A stretch of 64,000 nucleotides of DNA from the NCBI GenBank assembly GCA_951406725.2, contig OX597818.1, forward strand, positions 78,926,001 through 78,990,000. The letters are read 5' to 3'. Position 1 is the stretch's first letter. Every line of letters begins with the position of its first letter. Origin of the DNA: Octopus vulgaris (Eukaryota). The notes below the pieces were generated by a model that saw only the letters and a list, made by a program, of their open reading frames with translations, was not told where the DNA came from and ran no database searches. Both the position numbers and the translations under genes were made by a program. Shown in pieces: positions 1 to 14,271 of this stretch.

Positions 1-81
1 AGTACAACTTGATTCTGAAAAAGTTCTATGTTAGGAAATATTGCTGCCCTAAACGCATTGATTTGTTATAGGCTTAATTAC

Positions 82-248
82 TTGGTGAGCAGCTGATTCT
101 GACATAGGAGTTTGTAGGGCAAATTTGGTCAGTCCAGTCGGAATGGGAACATTGGTCGATATAAGATTCTCGTCCTGAACATTGAACATTCTGAAGCCAA
201 GTTTTTGTTGAATACTTTGAGGTCGATCCTTCTAATGTTATTCCGGAT
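82..248 (-). CDS. SRCR-domain protein exon (second half of domain 4 in window)
   Basis: tttcag acceptor and gtaatt donor, phase 2/1. Translates SGITLEGSTSKYSTKTWLQNVQCSGRESYIDQCSHSDWTDQICPTNSYVRISCSP. Confidence 0.92.
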
Positions 249-300
249 CTGAAAAAAGTACAATGTAATGAGAGAATTAGTTTTTACTAGATTCAAAGAT

Positions 301-546
301 GGATTGGTGCATAATTATTGCGGGTTTTTTTTCAACAAAAATTTTATTCAACAAAACAATAACAACATGTAACAAAACCATCTTTAAATGATTATTCCGG
401 AACATATTCACCATGTGCTTCAATTACTGCTTCCCATTTGCTTGGCAGACGGTCAGAGCATCATTTAAAGATGTTTTTGTTAAATATTGTTATTGTTTTT
501 GTTGAATAAAATTTGTTGGAAAAAACCCAATAATAATGCGCCAACC
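301..546. mobile_element. Mariner-type MITE
   Basis: ~90 bp imperfect terminal inverted repeats (ttggtgcataattattg ... caataataatgcgccaa) with no ORF. Confidence 0.7.
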
Positions 547-951
547 CAATAGATGTAGAATAGGAAATACAAATAGAAATAAACTAACTAACTAACTTGC
601 GGAAGAAGAATACGGAAAGAATAAACTGAGATACTTCTATGGAGATATTAATGTGGTCGATGTTCAGTTTAGTAATATGTAGATCAATACTTGTTGGAGA
701 AACGTGGTTGTGATGAGGCCCGGGGTCTGTACTGAAAACTAGCCACATAATGAATTCTGTTAAAGGCATCCAAAGCCCACGTGGTAGTGTTAAACAATGT
801 GTGTGGGTGCGTGGGTGTATTCATTCTACAATCATACATATGCCTATATATATACATATAAAACATTTCCCTTATTTCTGTTGCCTGGGTTATATTTTAC
901 CTCTAATATAAGTGTTATATTTGGAATATAGTACAATGTAAAAGCGCTTAC

Positions 952-1075
952 GTGTATCCAAGTTCCTGACAGAAAATAATCGTATTTTCTATGTTCCAGT
1001 TATTGTCGCATATACCTCCCCACTCTCCGTTATAGAATACTTCGGCATGGCCATTAGAAATGAAACGCTTTGGCA
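952..1075 (-). CDS. SRCR-domain protein exon (first half of domain 4)
   Basis: ttcag/gtaagc, phase 1/2. Translates PKRFISNGHAEVFYNGEWGGICDNNWNIENTIIFCQELGY. Confidence 0.93.
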
Positions 1076-2437
1076 CTGAATTACAAATAAAGAATTTTCA
1101 TTGCGACATTTTAATAAATCAAAAGACAAGAGTGCAAGAATTTTCCAACTTTCATATGAAAATGGTTCAGTAATACATATTCTGTAAATGTCAATTGTAA
1201 AATCAATTATAAAGTTTTTAAAAATAACTTTTGTCATTTAAAAATATAATAGCTTCATATTAGGCAAACCTCCATCCAGAAATAATTGAGTCGAAGGTGT
1301 GAGAGCGAGGATGTAATCAATAGGAACTCCACGGTATCATTTATATCATTGATGCTGTAAGGGTGAAAAGCAAAGCCGATCTCAACACGATTTCAACTTA
1401 GATCGCAAAGGTCCATGACTAAATTAATCGCTTCTAAAAACAAATTAATGTTAGATTAACAATTATATTTTTTACTAAGTTAACCCTTTCTCAATTGACA
1501 AAGATCGAGGGTGAATTGGATGATATTATGTTCGAGTATCCATAGCAAATTCTAGATTTTAAGCTACAGTATTTCATGAAGCTATTCTGCCGGGAAAATT
1601 CAACTCTTTGTTGTATGGTAACGGATTATAAACAATTCCAGTAACAATACTGTTAGTTCAACAAAGATTTATTTTACATTTATGCTTTCAAGAAGTGATG
1701 GTCAATTCCTTTCCGACGTATTAATGATATTAGTGAAATGGTACCAGGTTGAGATCAAAACTCATCTAAATATGACCTGGTTAGAGCATAGTGCTGTAAT
1801 CTATCGTTCGTCTGTAAATCTTGAATAGTAACTGAGGAAAACGAGGCATTCGTTATTTTAACGCTGTTGTTATTTCTTGGGGGCAATGAGGGATAAAGTG
1901 AAATTTAATGTCTTAAAACATCATCGCTTGAATAGCAAGAAACTAACCTCAGATTTTTCAGTGGTCAACTCTAATAACTAGGAGGATTTGCTTTTGTTTG
2001 ATCCCAGGAAAAATCCCAACGTGGTACGAAAAGAAATGTAATTGAAATATCTTTGTGTCACTGAGAAATTCGGTTGTTACTGGTATCCAGGCTACATAAT
2101 GTTTCGGTAATTGAGCTTAGCAAAAATAAACGAGCAGTACGTATTTTAAATCCCACCCTGTAGTACATTAACATCTTCCCATCAGTAGTACAACACGTAA
2201 ATTGATAACATTGTTATGAAAACTTTAGAAATCATTTCTTTTTCTTTCACACTCGAAACGTTTGAGTCTTTAAAATGAATTCTTTAAGCCCATATTTGAA
2301 ACTGAAATTAGCCACATATGCATTAAATCCTTAGCTACCAGCAGGTCTCCTCGATGTGACCTGAGCTAGGGCTAATCAACAATAACAACAAAACTCTGCG
2401 ACATTAAAGCAAGAGTATATAGAAACATCGTCTTGAT

Positions 2438-2719
2438 CAGCGGTTTCGAAACTTTTGGCGGCTAGTGTCCCGTTGGCACACGCGTCGCATTTCTCGCACC
2501 CCTATCACTACCACCACCACAAACATAGACCACTTTCTGAAGCAAATTCCAAGCAATTGTATTTCACAAAGAAAACTCAACCTAATAAGCACATTGTTTT
2601 GTTGTTTTTACATCCATCACTCTCTTTTGGCCGTCCCATGATCGCCTCAATGCTCTTCAACTCGTCTCCCTCGCATTTTCCCCACCAGGGAGCAGTGCCA
2701 CCCACTTTGGGAACCACTG
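2438..2719. mobile_element. hAT (Charlie-like) non-autonomous element
   Basis: Termini CAGCGGTTTC ... GGAACCACTG with an 8-bp TSD gtcttgat/gtctagat (NTCTAGAN-type site). Confidence 0.85.
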
Positions 2720-2929
2720 GTCTAGATTAACCAAACTAGGGGAGATATCCAACGTTCTTTTTCAGAACAATGAAGCTTCGGTTAACCCAGTAAATTCTAA
2801 ATAGTAATCTAAAGAAATTAGCACTATAATAATTGTTTAATTCATAAGTGTTATAAATATTTAAGTTGAAAAAATATCGGAATTTCTTTCATTAGTTTTT
2901 GAAAAACATCAATAAGTTTTACACTATAC

Positions 2930-3099
2930 CTATTGTACAATTCACTCCAGTATCTTCGTTATGTCCACAATTGTGAGTACCAAGTGCACTATGAGAACAG
3001 TCAACTATCCGTTTCTCATTACCGTTGCAATTAACGTCATCCAACCAAATGTTTCCGGTTCCATCTTCAGTTAATGAGTATACCACGTAATCCCCGTCA
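2930..3099 (-). CDS. SRCR-domain protein exon (second half of domain 3)
   Basis: ttttag/gtatag, phase 2/1. Translates [56 protein letters not shown]. Confidence 0.96.
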
Positions 3100-3379
3100 C
3101 TAAAAGATACGAAAAGCTTATATTTTACCAAACAAAGAACTTACAGAAGGATATTTCCAGCAAGTTCAACGATTGAGCAGAGTCATAATGCTTTTTCTTA
3201 GACAATAGACTTGTGGGTTTAATTATTCGTTGAACACTTACTTACCTTATGTATACTTGATCAGAGCTGATCTGTTATTCATCAGCTACAAAAATAGGTT
3301 ATAGAAACCGCATGCATGTCTTTGAAAAAAAAAACACAAAAACAATAACATTTGAGTAGCAATATTTAATTTCTGATTA

Positions 3380-4460
3380 AAGCGGCAAGATGACTGAGTC
3401 ATTAGCACCCCGGGAAAAATGCAGAACAGCATTTAAGTTCTGAAATATTTGCTTTTCATCATTTCTGGATCAATAAAATAAGTACCAGTTGACCACTGGG
3501 GTCGATGTAATCGACTTACTCCGTCTCGGAGCTTGCTGGCTTTGTTCCAAAATTTGAAAGCAATATTTAATTTCTTACTATGGCTGCAAGCTGGCATTCA
3601 TTAGCTTTCCAGGCAAAAGGCAGGGCGGCATTTCATCCGTCTTTATGTTCTGAGTCCCAATGTCGTCGGAGTCGACTTTGCTTTTCATCCTTTCGGGATC
3701 GGTAAAAAAAAGTGTCAGTTGAATCAAGGGCTCGATGTAATCGATTTACCTCTTCCCTAAAATTTCTGGCCTTATGTAAAAATTTGAAATCAATATAATT
3801 TCTGATTACCATATTCAGCGGCTGACAATCAAAATATATTTTATATGTGTATTTCATCAATCTGGGTTCGATTTGATGATGGCGTAGAGTTAATTTAACC
3901 GACAGCACGTTTACGTAACATTTCAAAGAAGCTAATGTATTTAATTGTTTAATAATCATTTCAAATTTTTGCCACAAGGGCAGCTTGGGATGAGTCGATT
4001 ACATCGACCCCAGTGCTCAAATGATACTTATGTGATCGACCACGGAAGAATGAATGGCAAAGTCGACCTCAGTGGAATTTGAACTCAGAACGTAGCGACG
4101 GGCGGACTACTGTTATGGATTTCGTCCAGCTTGCAAACGGTTCAGCCAGCTCGCCACCTTTTTTTTAAATTCTTAATAATAAAAGCTAATATATTTAATT
4201 CTAATTTAGGCATCAAACCAATAATTTGAGGGGAATAGGTTACATAATCTCCCCCGTGCTTGACTGGTACTTTATTACATCGAGGAGATTAGTCAATTAC
4301 ATCGGCCCTTTTACTTGTCTGGTAATTTATTTTATCGATACGGAAAGGATGAAAGACAAAGTTAACCCCAGCAAAATTTAAAAAATTTAGAGCATAAAGA
4401 ACCACAATAAACGACAGAAAGTATTTTTACTGATGTTCAAACGATTCTGCTAATGCACCG
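3380..4460. mobile_element. Cluster of about 4-5 degenerate tRNA-derived SINEs, both orientations
   Basis: Repeated gtcgactttgc(c/t)tttcatcctttcggg...gataaa...agtaccag core and ggcgagctggc head. Confidence 0.8.
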
Positions 4461-5143
4461 TCTATTTTTATTTAGTAACCATTTAAATAGTCACATTAAT
4501 TAACTATAACGTGTAGATTGACACAAAAAGTAAAGCTTGAAGTCATAGCTGGTAATTAAATATCACCATCCATCTCAATTTTACCCCTAATGCAAAACAT
4601 GTGACATAGATGTGCATAATATTAAACCACTACAGATATTGAAGTTTGGATTATATCTCATAGGGAACATTTTACTTTTTAGGATCACTACAACGGCACA
4701 AATAGAGGCGGTTTGTGAAATTAGTATATTTCCTAATTTCAGTAAAGTAACTGAAATGCTATAGATTCACCCAGATATAGCAATTTTCAAAGACTAGCTC
4801 CTCACTATTTTAGGGATTTCGATGTGGAGTCGGCAAAATATTAGTTTCTTTACAAACTAAGTTTAGTCAGATGAGGTGTGTGAAGCATATTATTAATATT
4901 TAAGTAATTTGAACAGAAAACGATGACGAAATTAAATATTAACTATTTAATAAAACCTGTAATCACTAATCATATTTTAAAAATGAAGGAGACGAAGAAA
5001 TAACCAAAGATTCTCTATGTAGGATGGTCGTGGGTGGAACTATTTTACTCAAAGACCTATCCTATATTTTGGTGGGATCTAATTTAGGTTTAATTTAAAA
5101 GAGCAATTTAAATAAAAGTTACAAAGGTAAAGAACAATATTAC

Positions 5144-5276
5144 CTGTATCCCATGCTTCTGCAGAAAACCTTTGACTCACTTGTTTGCCAACCGTCATCA
5201 CAGACGGTACCCCATATGTTACGATAAAAGACTTCTGCTCGTCCAAAAATATTCTTTTCAATTACTCGAACACGTG
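5144..5276 (-). CDS. SRCR-domain protein exon (first half of domain 3)
   Basis: ttgcag/gtaata, phase 1/2. Translates [43 protein letters not shown]. Confidence 0.96.
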
Positions 5277-5719
5277 CTGCAAATGTTTATGACATTATTT
5301 CATACTTGTTCATAATTATAACACACATCATGAATAGTCTTCGAAAATAATGACTTAAATCATATTGAATACTATCCTTAGTGCAATGATGCTAATGTAA
5401 ACCAACTATATTTGGAACTTAAACTCTTTCTTTCATCGTTTATAATACCCTCTGTCCTAGTCAAATTTAGTGACAATTATCATTCTCCGTTTTGGTGAAA
5501 CATCGCAAACTGCTATTTATATATATATATATATATATATGCATGTATCATCGACATACCTGCAGAATCCACAGAGTTGTTTGACTAAACTTATCTTTTT
5601 TCAAACTTATCTTTTTCTTTCGGCATGGATCATTCAAAGTTTGAACTCGCATTAGTTCAAATCTATTAGCCATTTCCTAACTTCATCCACCAGAGTATTA
5701 AATTAACTCCATCCATCAG

Positions 5720-7200
5720 TGTATTAAAGTAACAACAGACTACCCTAACAAGCACCCAAACTATAGGCTACCGGTTTTAGACGCGAAACCCTGGCTGGAA
5801 ACCAAGAACAGTAAGGTCCAGATCCTTCACTCACATTATGACAAATCCTTGGCCTCTAAATACCTGGTCCACAAGAACGCAGCTATTGCGGGCTACGCCA
5901 AGTTAAATATTCTAATAGCAGAGTTAGTGAGAGTGATGAGGAATGTGTCCCGTATGAGCGATCCTATAGAAATGGAATAACATATCCAGCACTTCATCTA
6001 CCGCATGCAGTTCTCTGGCTACAACCAAAGGGACAGGATTAGAGTGCACAAAGGATCCAGGACTAAGTACAAGGCCATCATAAAGAGTGATGCAAATGGG
6101 ATATTCCTGTTATACAGGAGTAAATCCTGGAACAGCACAGGAAGGACTAGAAAAAAGATTGATAAGATTGATAAGATGACAACAAAATATATCAGTGTCA
6201 TGTTCGTTGATGCTATTCCTGGAGGCAAACTTGAATACCATTTTAGAAAAGCATTAGATAAGACTAATCTACGGATTAAAGTGGTCGAAAGGCTTGACAC
6301 GACACTCAGACAAATTACAGAAAGTACATACATTGCAATAGGCATGCCGAGCCTCGACAGAAAATATGAATAGAACACTCACACCCACCACCACCACCAC
6401 CACCACCACCACCACCCAACACGACAACTAAAGAGATAAGGGAGAAAAAACATACAAGCAGTGTAATACACACACAATAGACAAATATGCACATACCTAT
6501 GATAAATATAAGAAATAGTGATAAAAAAGTAAATAAAAAAATCTGTATAAAGGGTACGAATACAAACAACATGATATGCGAAGCCATATACACACACAAA
6601 CACATAGAGTAACTTCATAAAAGGCCGCAATAAAATCAACAACGCGACCAACAACGATAATAGCTACAACGGCAAGAACAACAACAAGTGTTACTGACAC
6701 GATGGCAGCAGCGTGAGCGAATACACAAACACAGAGAGATGCAGGAACAGTACAAAGAGTCGGGGCTAAGGGCCACAGCAGCAGCAATGAGGAAGGGTAC
6801 GGGGATGAGGGTGAGATCATAGAGCTACTAAGAACAACGACGATAACGATAACAACAATATAAAAGGCTTATGCCCACATGTACACATAAGCACAAATGC
6901 GAAACACATAGACATGCGTACACACACATACGCGCGCACACATATACACACACATGTACACACATACACAAATACAGACGCAAATGCATGCCTATGTAAA
7001 GATACACATCATAGAACAGAATGCATTATGCGGAGCTGGAGTACACACAAGAATTGAAAGTGTCACTGAAGAGGTCACACGTGTGTCATGAAAGATTTCT
7101 GGATAATGGACACGAGTTAAAATAAGAACAGTAATAACGAGTGAAGAACGAATATATAGAGTGTATGTTTACTTGGCAGGAAAAAAAGAAAAAAATTACC
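5720..7200 (+). mobile_element. Degenerate Penelope-like retroelement fragment
   Basis: Interrupted ORF (HYDKSLASKYLVHK...ELVRVMRN...RMQFSGY) resembling a PLE RT C-terminus. A hammerhead-like CTGAAGA..GAAA motif lies at 7066-7093 near the 3' end. Confidence 0.55.
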
Positions 7201-7215
7201 TTCCGAAATGCGACA

Positions 7216-7264
<49 letters not shown>

Positions 7265-7634
7265 ATTGAGTTTCAGTTGAATTAAGTACTTAAGTTGAAG
7301 CACCAACTCTCCCCGGCATTATCCGTACAGCTCGAAGTAAAGTGAATAAAATCAAAAATATGCAACACGATATCAAGTAATAATGCAGTACGACCGTTTC
7401 AAGTGGCTCCATTTAATTGAATAACGCAATCATTACATCAATTTAAGTTTTCTTAAATATTTTAACAGAAAAGAAGATGGAAGAAATTCATGTTGTCGCT
7501 ATTGTAGCTAAGAATAGACTACAACATCTAAGAATCGCATACTAGATATGTCGAAACAATTGTTATGATAAATAAAAATTCTCGTATCTTCCATCCACTG
7601 CCTTTCATTTACTATACTATACTATATTATACTA

Positions 7635-7687
<53 letters not shown>

Positions 7688-7861
7688 TACATACACACAC
7701 ACACACAAGAACATATATGAGCCCTTGTTTACACTATTAGCGTCCTACTTTTAATACTCTTATAAGTATTTATTGAGAATTAGTAAACATGAAGAGATAT
7801 ATTTAATAGACTATGGAATTAAAGCGTATGAAAATATTGTTATGGTGAGAAGTATTATTAC

Positions 7862-8025
7862 CTTCTTCGCAATCAACACCTGCAACCGATGCCTGATTCC
7901 TTGTAAAGTTCTGCGATCTGCTTTTAAAACACTGCATAATATTATTCTCGCTTCCAGTGCATTGTATGTCGGAATGCAAAAAGTAGTTGTTGCCAACCCG
8001 TGGATTTCTATGTGTTTTTCCCGAT
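7862..8025 (-). CDS. SRCR-domain protein exon (second half of divergent domain 2)
   Basis: tcttag/gtaata, phase 2/1 matching its neighbours. Translates SGKTHRNPRVGNNYFLHSDIQCTGSENNIMQCFKSRSQNFTRNQASVAGVDCEE. Confidence 0.88.
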
Positions 8026-8099
8026 CTAAGATAAATTAAAAAAATATAAAATTTTAGATACCTATTATATATTTATTTCTTTATTGGTTTCAGTCACTA

Positions 8100-8757
8100 G
8101 TATACATTGTCTCCCAGACAATGTATACTCAAAAGCAATTCACGTAGGCATAGAGGGAAAAATAACGAAATTAGATTACTTGTGAGCGCGTTTCTGGGTT
8201 AGTTAGATATAGAGATGCTAGAAATACATCCCTATTCTAACATTCCCGTCATCAGCACAAGATTTCATTAAATTTACATTTGAGAGCGCTAAAAATCGAA
8301 CATACCCATCTGATTTGAGTAACCTCAGACAAACCATCGTCCACATCCAGTACTAAAGAATTCAAAACATACGATTGAAGCTCTGCATCTTCCCCTGTCC
8401 ACCCACCTGGGTTATAGAGCAACACATTCCTACAGAAGAATTTGTAGTTTATTATCAGGGAGAGAATTATATTGTCAATAATAATAAGGGTAAAATTAAT
8501 TAATTAATTAGTAATTAATAATTTTACCAAGCAGAGTCTGGGAGACTCTTGTTATAGTAGAGGAAATAGCTAAATTCTTTGGCTGCTATTTCTAAAAGTT
8601 CGGTATGTGGTAAAGCAATTTTTTTTGCTGAACCCTAATTATATAAAGTAATGTTTAAATTTACCGTAAATGGTCCTTTTACATGCTGAACTCTGCTTGG
8701 TAAAATTATTAATTACTAATTAATTAATTAATTTTATCCTTATTATTATTGACAATA
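8100..8757. mobile_element. Non-coding hammerhead-bearing repeat (family A, copy 1) with internal inversion
   Basis: Homologous to 11095-11925 and 37291-38400. Contains an inverted ~68 bp repeat (8471-8538 / 8690-8757) and ends in (TA)n. Confidence 0.8.
8179..8261 (-). ncRNA. Type I hammerhead ribozyme motif, probably inactive (GCU at the cleavage triplet)
   Basis: CTTGTG-CTGATGA-long stem II-GAAAC-GC-GCT-CACAAG. Confidence 0.7.
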
Positions 8758-8793
8758 TATATATTTATATATATATAGATATATATATATATA

Positions 8794-9996
<1,203 letters not shown>

Positions 9997-10101
9997 TACA
10001 TACATAAACACATTTATATATGTATATATATATATTTACATACATAAACACATATATATATGTATATATATATATATATGTCTATATATATATGTATGCA
10101 G

Positions 10102-10136
<35 letters not shown>

Positions 10137-10391
10137 GATAGATATATACATATCTATCTATTTATTTATTTATTTATTTATGCAGCTGAGGATAGCTAAA
10201 TTTTTGGTAGAAATGACTAATTTTGTCCCTCTTAGTGTGGCATGTATGTATAATAATGCCCTCTATATATAAATTAATATGTTCAATAAGAAAGAATTAT
10301 TTTCGAAATTTTTTCTCTTATGAGGTCTTTCACGCTATCTACCTGACAATTTCTTGTTAAGTTTTCCTTATTAAGAGGTTGTCCTTAATTG

Positions 10392-10455
<64 letters not shown>

Positions 10456-10646
10456 ATGTATTTACATACATAAACACATTTATATATGTATATTTATATA
10501 TTTACATACATAAACACATATATATATGTATATATATATATATATATGTCTAAATATATATGTATGCAGGTATGTGTGTATATATATATATATGTATATA
10601 TAGATAGATATATACATATCTATCTATTTATTTATTTATTTATTTA

Positions 10647-10732
10647 TGCAGCTGAGGATAGCTCTGCATTCGAATTGATGTAATGTTTGCGTTTTTTAAT
10701 TAAATAGAGCCGCTTGATACAGTCGTACTGCA
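10647..10732 (+). ncRNA. Hammerhead ribozyme motif (family B), GAAA mutated to GAUA
   Basis: TGCAG-CTGAGGA-stem II (gctct/agagc)-GATAC-AGTC-GTA-CTGCA. A truncated homolog at ~7385-7440 (-) retains GAAAC. Confidence 0.65.
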
Positions 10733-10812
10733 TCACCTCTGGATATCCTGCTGCTTATTTTGATTTTATATACATATATACACACGTACATGTAAACATA
10801 TGTATATATATA

Positions 10813-10860
<48 letters not shown>

Positions 10861-11094
10861 ATATATGTATATATATACATATATAAATGTGTGTATATAT
10901 ATATATATACACACGTACATGTAAACATATATATATATATATATTTGTATATATATATGTATATATATATATATATATACATATATAAATGTGTATATAT
11001 ATGTATACACACGTGCATATATTATATTTATACATATAAGTAACATATATTATATATATGTATATATGTTATATATATACATACATATATTTTA

Positions 11095-11925
11095 TATAAT
11101 TAGGGTTCAGCAAAAATAAATTTGCTTTACCACACACTGAACTTTTAGAAATAGCAGCCAAATAATTTAGCTATTTCTTCTACTTTAAGAGGAGTCTCCC
11201 AGATAATGTATACTCAAAACATTTCACGCCGGTATAGCGGGAAAAATAACGAAAGTTCACACGAAAGATTGATCACTTGTGTACGCATTTCTGGCTTAAC
11301 TGGATATAGAGATGCTAGAAATACAAACTTATTCCAATATTCCCTGATAATATACTACAGATCCTTCTGTAGGAATTTGTTGCTCTATAACTCACGTGGG
11401 TGAACATGGGAGGATGCAAAGCCTCATTCGTACGGTTTGAATTCGTTAGTACTGGATGTTCGAGGTTAGTTCGTCTGAGGTACTCAAATCAGATGGGTAA
11501 GTTTGATTTTTAGTTCTCTCAAATTTAAATTTAATGAAATCATGTGCTGATGAAAGCAATATTGGAATAGGGTTGCATTTCTAGAATCTCTATATGCAGT
11601 TAACTCAGAAACGCGTTCACAAGTGATCAATCTTTCGAGTGAACTTTCGTTATTTTTACCTCTATACCGGCGTGAAATGTTTTTGAGTATACATTATCTG
11701 GGAGACTCCTCTTAAAGTAGAAGATATAGCTAAATTTTTTGGCTGCTATTTCTAAAAGTTCAGTGTGTGGTAAAGCAAAACTTTTTTGGGCTGAACCCCA
11801 ATTATATAAAATAATGTTTAAATTTACCATAAATGGACCTTTTATACACTGAATACTGCTTGGTAAAATTATTAATTACTAATTAATTAATTAATTAATT
11901 TTACCCTTATTATTATTATTATTGA
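11095..11925. mobile_element. Non-coding hammerhead-bearing foldback repeat (family A, copy 2)
   Basis: Inverted arms at ~11095-11345 and ~11555-11808, flanked by (TA)n. Confidence 0.85.
11541..11623 (+). ncRNA. Type I hammerhead ribozyme motif
   Basis: CATGTG-CTGATGA-long imperfect stem II-GAAAC-GC-GTT-CACAAG. Core boxes are intact. Confidence 0.7.
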
Positions 11926-11929
11926 AAAT

Positions 11930-11989
<60 letters not shown>

Positions 11990-12242
11990 ATTTATATGTG
12001 TATATTTATATATTTATATATGTCTATATATGTTTCTATATGTCAAGCCTAGTCATGTTTATTTGCACCACTATCTCCCTATCAGCTCACTTGGTTTTCT
12101 TTTATAGCTACTCTTGACCACGTTGACCTAGTTCTCGACAAACATTTCGGAGCGAAGCTCAAATGTTTTGAACACTGATATATGTTCTCTAAGCAGAACA
12201 TCGCCAGCTTTTTTCTTTTGACTTCATATGTATATGTAGAGG

Positions 12243-12355
12243 TGCGTGGCTTAGTAGTTAGAGGTGTTGTACTGAGTGATTCTTAGCGTTCCTGAGGAAA
12301 ACGTTTCATTTTACGTTGCTCCAGTTCACTCAGCTGGCAATAATGAGTATTCTTG
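12243..12355 (+). mobile_element. Degenerate tRNA/CORE-type SINE
   Basis: gcgtggcttagtagttag head and ttgctccagttcactcagctggc core. Similar to 35050-35365. Confidence 0.6.
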
Positions 12356-12667
12356 TGACGTATAGCCTTCCCATCTAGGTCGTGGCGAATATATACGTCA
12401 CAAAATCGGGGAAACATACCTTATCTTCGGAAAGGGCCTTTGATCATTTTTCGAATTGTGTCACGGTATTTTTTTTATTCAAAAAGGGTGGATTACCACA
12501 TTAAGGCGTGGTTTCTTGTAGTAGTTCTTATACGAAAAGATATGAAAGCAGTGGACAAAAATACGTAGGATGTCCTAAGAAATATAAATAAATGGGTACA
12601 GAAAATTTGAACTGTGAGAGTTTCCTTTTCTATAATGTTTCATTCAGTGAGTAAAAAGTAAACATAC

Positions 12668-12800
12668 CTGTATCCAACTGATTTACAGAAAACTTGGGCA
12701 TCAATGTCATTCCAATTACTATCTGATAATGTCATCCATTTACCCTTATAATACACTTCTGCTGCTCCTACTGTGGAAGCTTCAGAAATACGAAATAGTT
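12668..12800 (-). CDS. SRCR-domain protein exon (first half of divergent domain 2)
   Basis: ctccag/gtatgt, phase 1/2. Translates LFRISEASTVGAAEVYYKGKWMTLSDSNWNDIDAQVFCKSVGY. Confidence 0.93.
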
Positions 12801-12884
12801 CTGGAGGAAATAAAATAATGAAATAATCAGAAACTTTATATTTATTTAGCTGAGTGTAGCTTAAATATGTTAAACAATACTTAC

Positions 12885-13054
12885 GAGCTGTACAATGTAC
12901 GCCAGTGTCTTCACTATGTTGGCAGTCATGATTACCCCATGCGTTATGCGAGCAAGAGTCAAGTGATAACTCTGGCCCGGAACATGTTACTTCGTCCAAT
13001 ATAATTTTACCTTGACCATCTACAGTCAATGTATTAATTATAGAAACACCAGAG
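12885..13054 (-). CDS. SRCR-domain protein exon (second half of domain 1)
   Basis: tttcag/gtaagt, phase 2/1. Translates SGVSIINTLTVDGQGKIILDEVTCSGPELSLDSCSHNAWGNHDCQHSEDTGVHCTA. Confidence 0.95.
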
Positions 13055-13307
13055 CTGAAAAGAAATATCTTTATATAGTTTCTACAAAGGTTCAGTGTAG
13101 CATACATAAGTTCCTGGTTTCGGGAAAAAGAAAGTTCAGGGTATCAGTTAATTATGATTTTATTCAAAATATTCTTCTCTCAGATTCACAGACTTATTGC
13201 AGCGGTCCTTCAGTTTTTCTAAGCCCTTTAAATGGAACTCGGAAGTTTGGGTCTCCGGCCAAGCCTTTCGCGATACCCTTAAAGCTAGGAACTTTTCAGG
13301 GCCCTTA

Positions 13308-13383
<76 letters not shown>

Positions 13384-13420
13384 GTGTGTAGAAGGTTGAA
13401 AGGAACACACGAGTTGATGC

Positions 13421-13770
13421 ATATGGAAAAAAGTCAAGGTTGAAAATGCTAAAATAATTTTCTAAAAAACATTTCAGTACCGGTTTCAGTCATAGAGACT
13501 CTTTCAACTGTCAGTATGGAAAACAATTAAATTTTGGAAAAATTAAAAGAAAAGTTTTTCAAAAGAATAGTGTTCAAATACAAGTGGCATTTTCCTTGCA
13601 TCTGCCTGTTTCTGTCGCTCTTGTTTACTCGTGTGGGTTCGAGGTCTTTCTTTAATTTTTCCAAAATTTAATTGTTTTCCATACTTACAGTTGAAAAAAT
13701 ATCAATGACTGAAACCGGTACTGAAATGCTTTTTATAAAAATATTTTAGCATTTTCTACCTTGATTTTTT

Positions 13771-13776
<6 letters not shown>
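13421..13776. mobile_element. Small foldback element (family C) with a minimal hammerhead in each arm
   Basis: Inverted arms at 13421-13554 and 13646-13776 between (TA)n tracts. Motifs at 13475-13510 (-) and 13688-13723 (+). Confidence 0.8.
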
Positions 13777-13861
<85 letters not shown>

Positions 13862-13921
13862 GTGCATGCATCTGTGTTTGTTTGTGTGTGTTTGTGTGTG
13901 TGTGCGCGCGTCTGTGTATGA

Positions 13922-13984
<63 letters not shown>

Positions 13985-14271
13985 TGTGCATGTGTGATGT
14001 TTGTTTGTGTGTGTTTGTGTGTGTGTGCGCGCGTGTGTATGAGCATATATATATATATATATACGATATTATCTGGCTAATAATCTCATAACGTGTATAT
14101 ACGATATACCATATGCCATCATACAACATGGTTATTGCTTATACTGGATATACATGTGAAAATTTATGTAAAAATTTATACAACCATAAGATGGAAGAAA
14201 TAAGCTTTAATTGGAAAATACAATTCTTTCGTTGCTAGCTGCTGAATTTTTCATATTAGATAAATTCTTTT

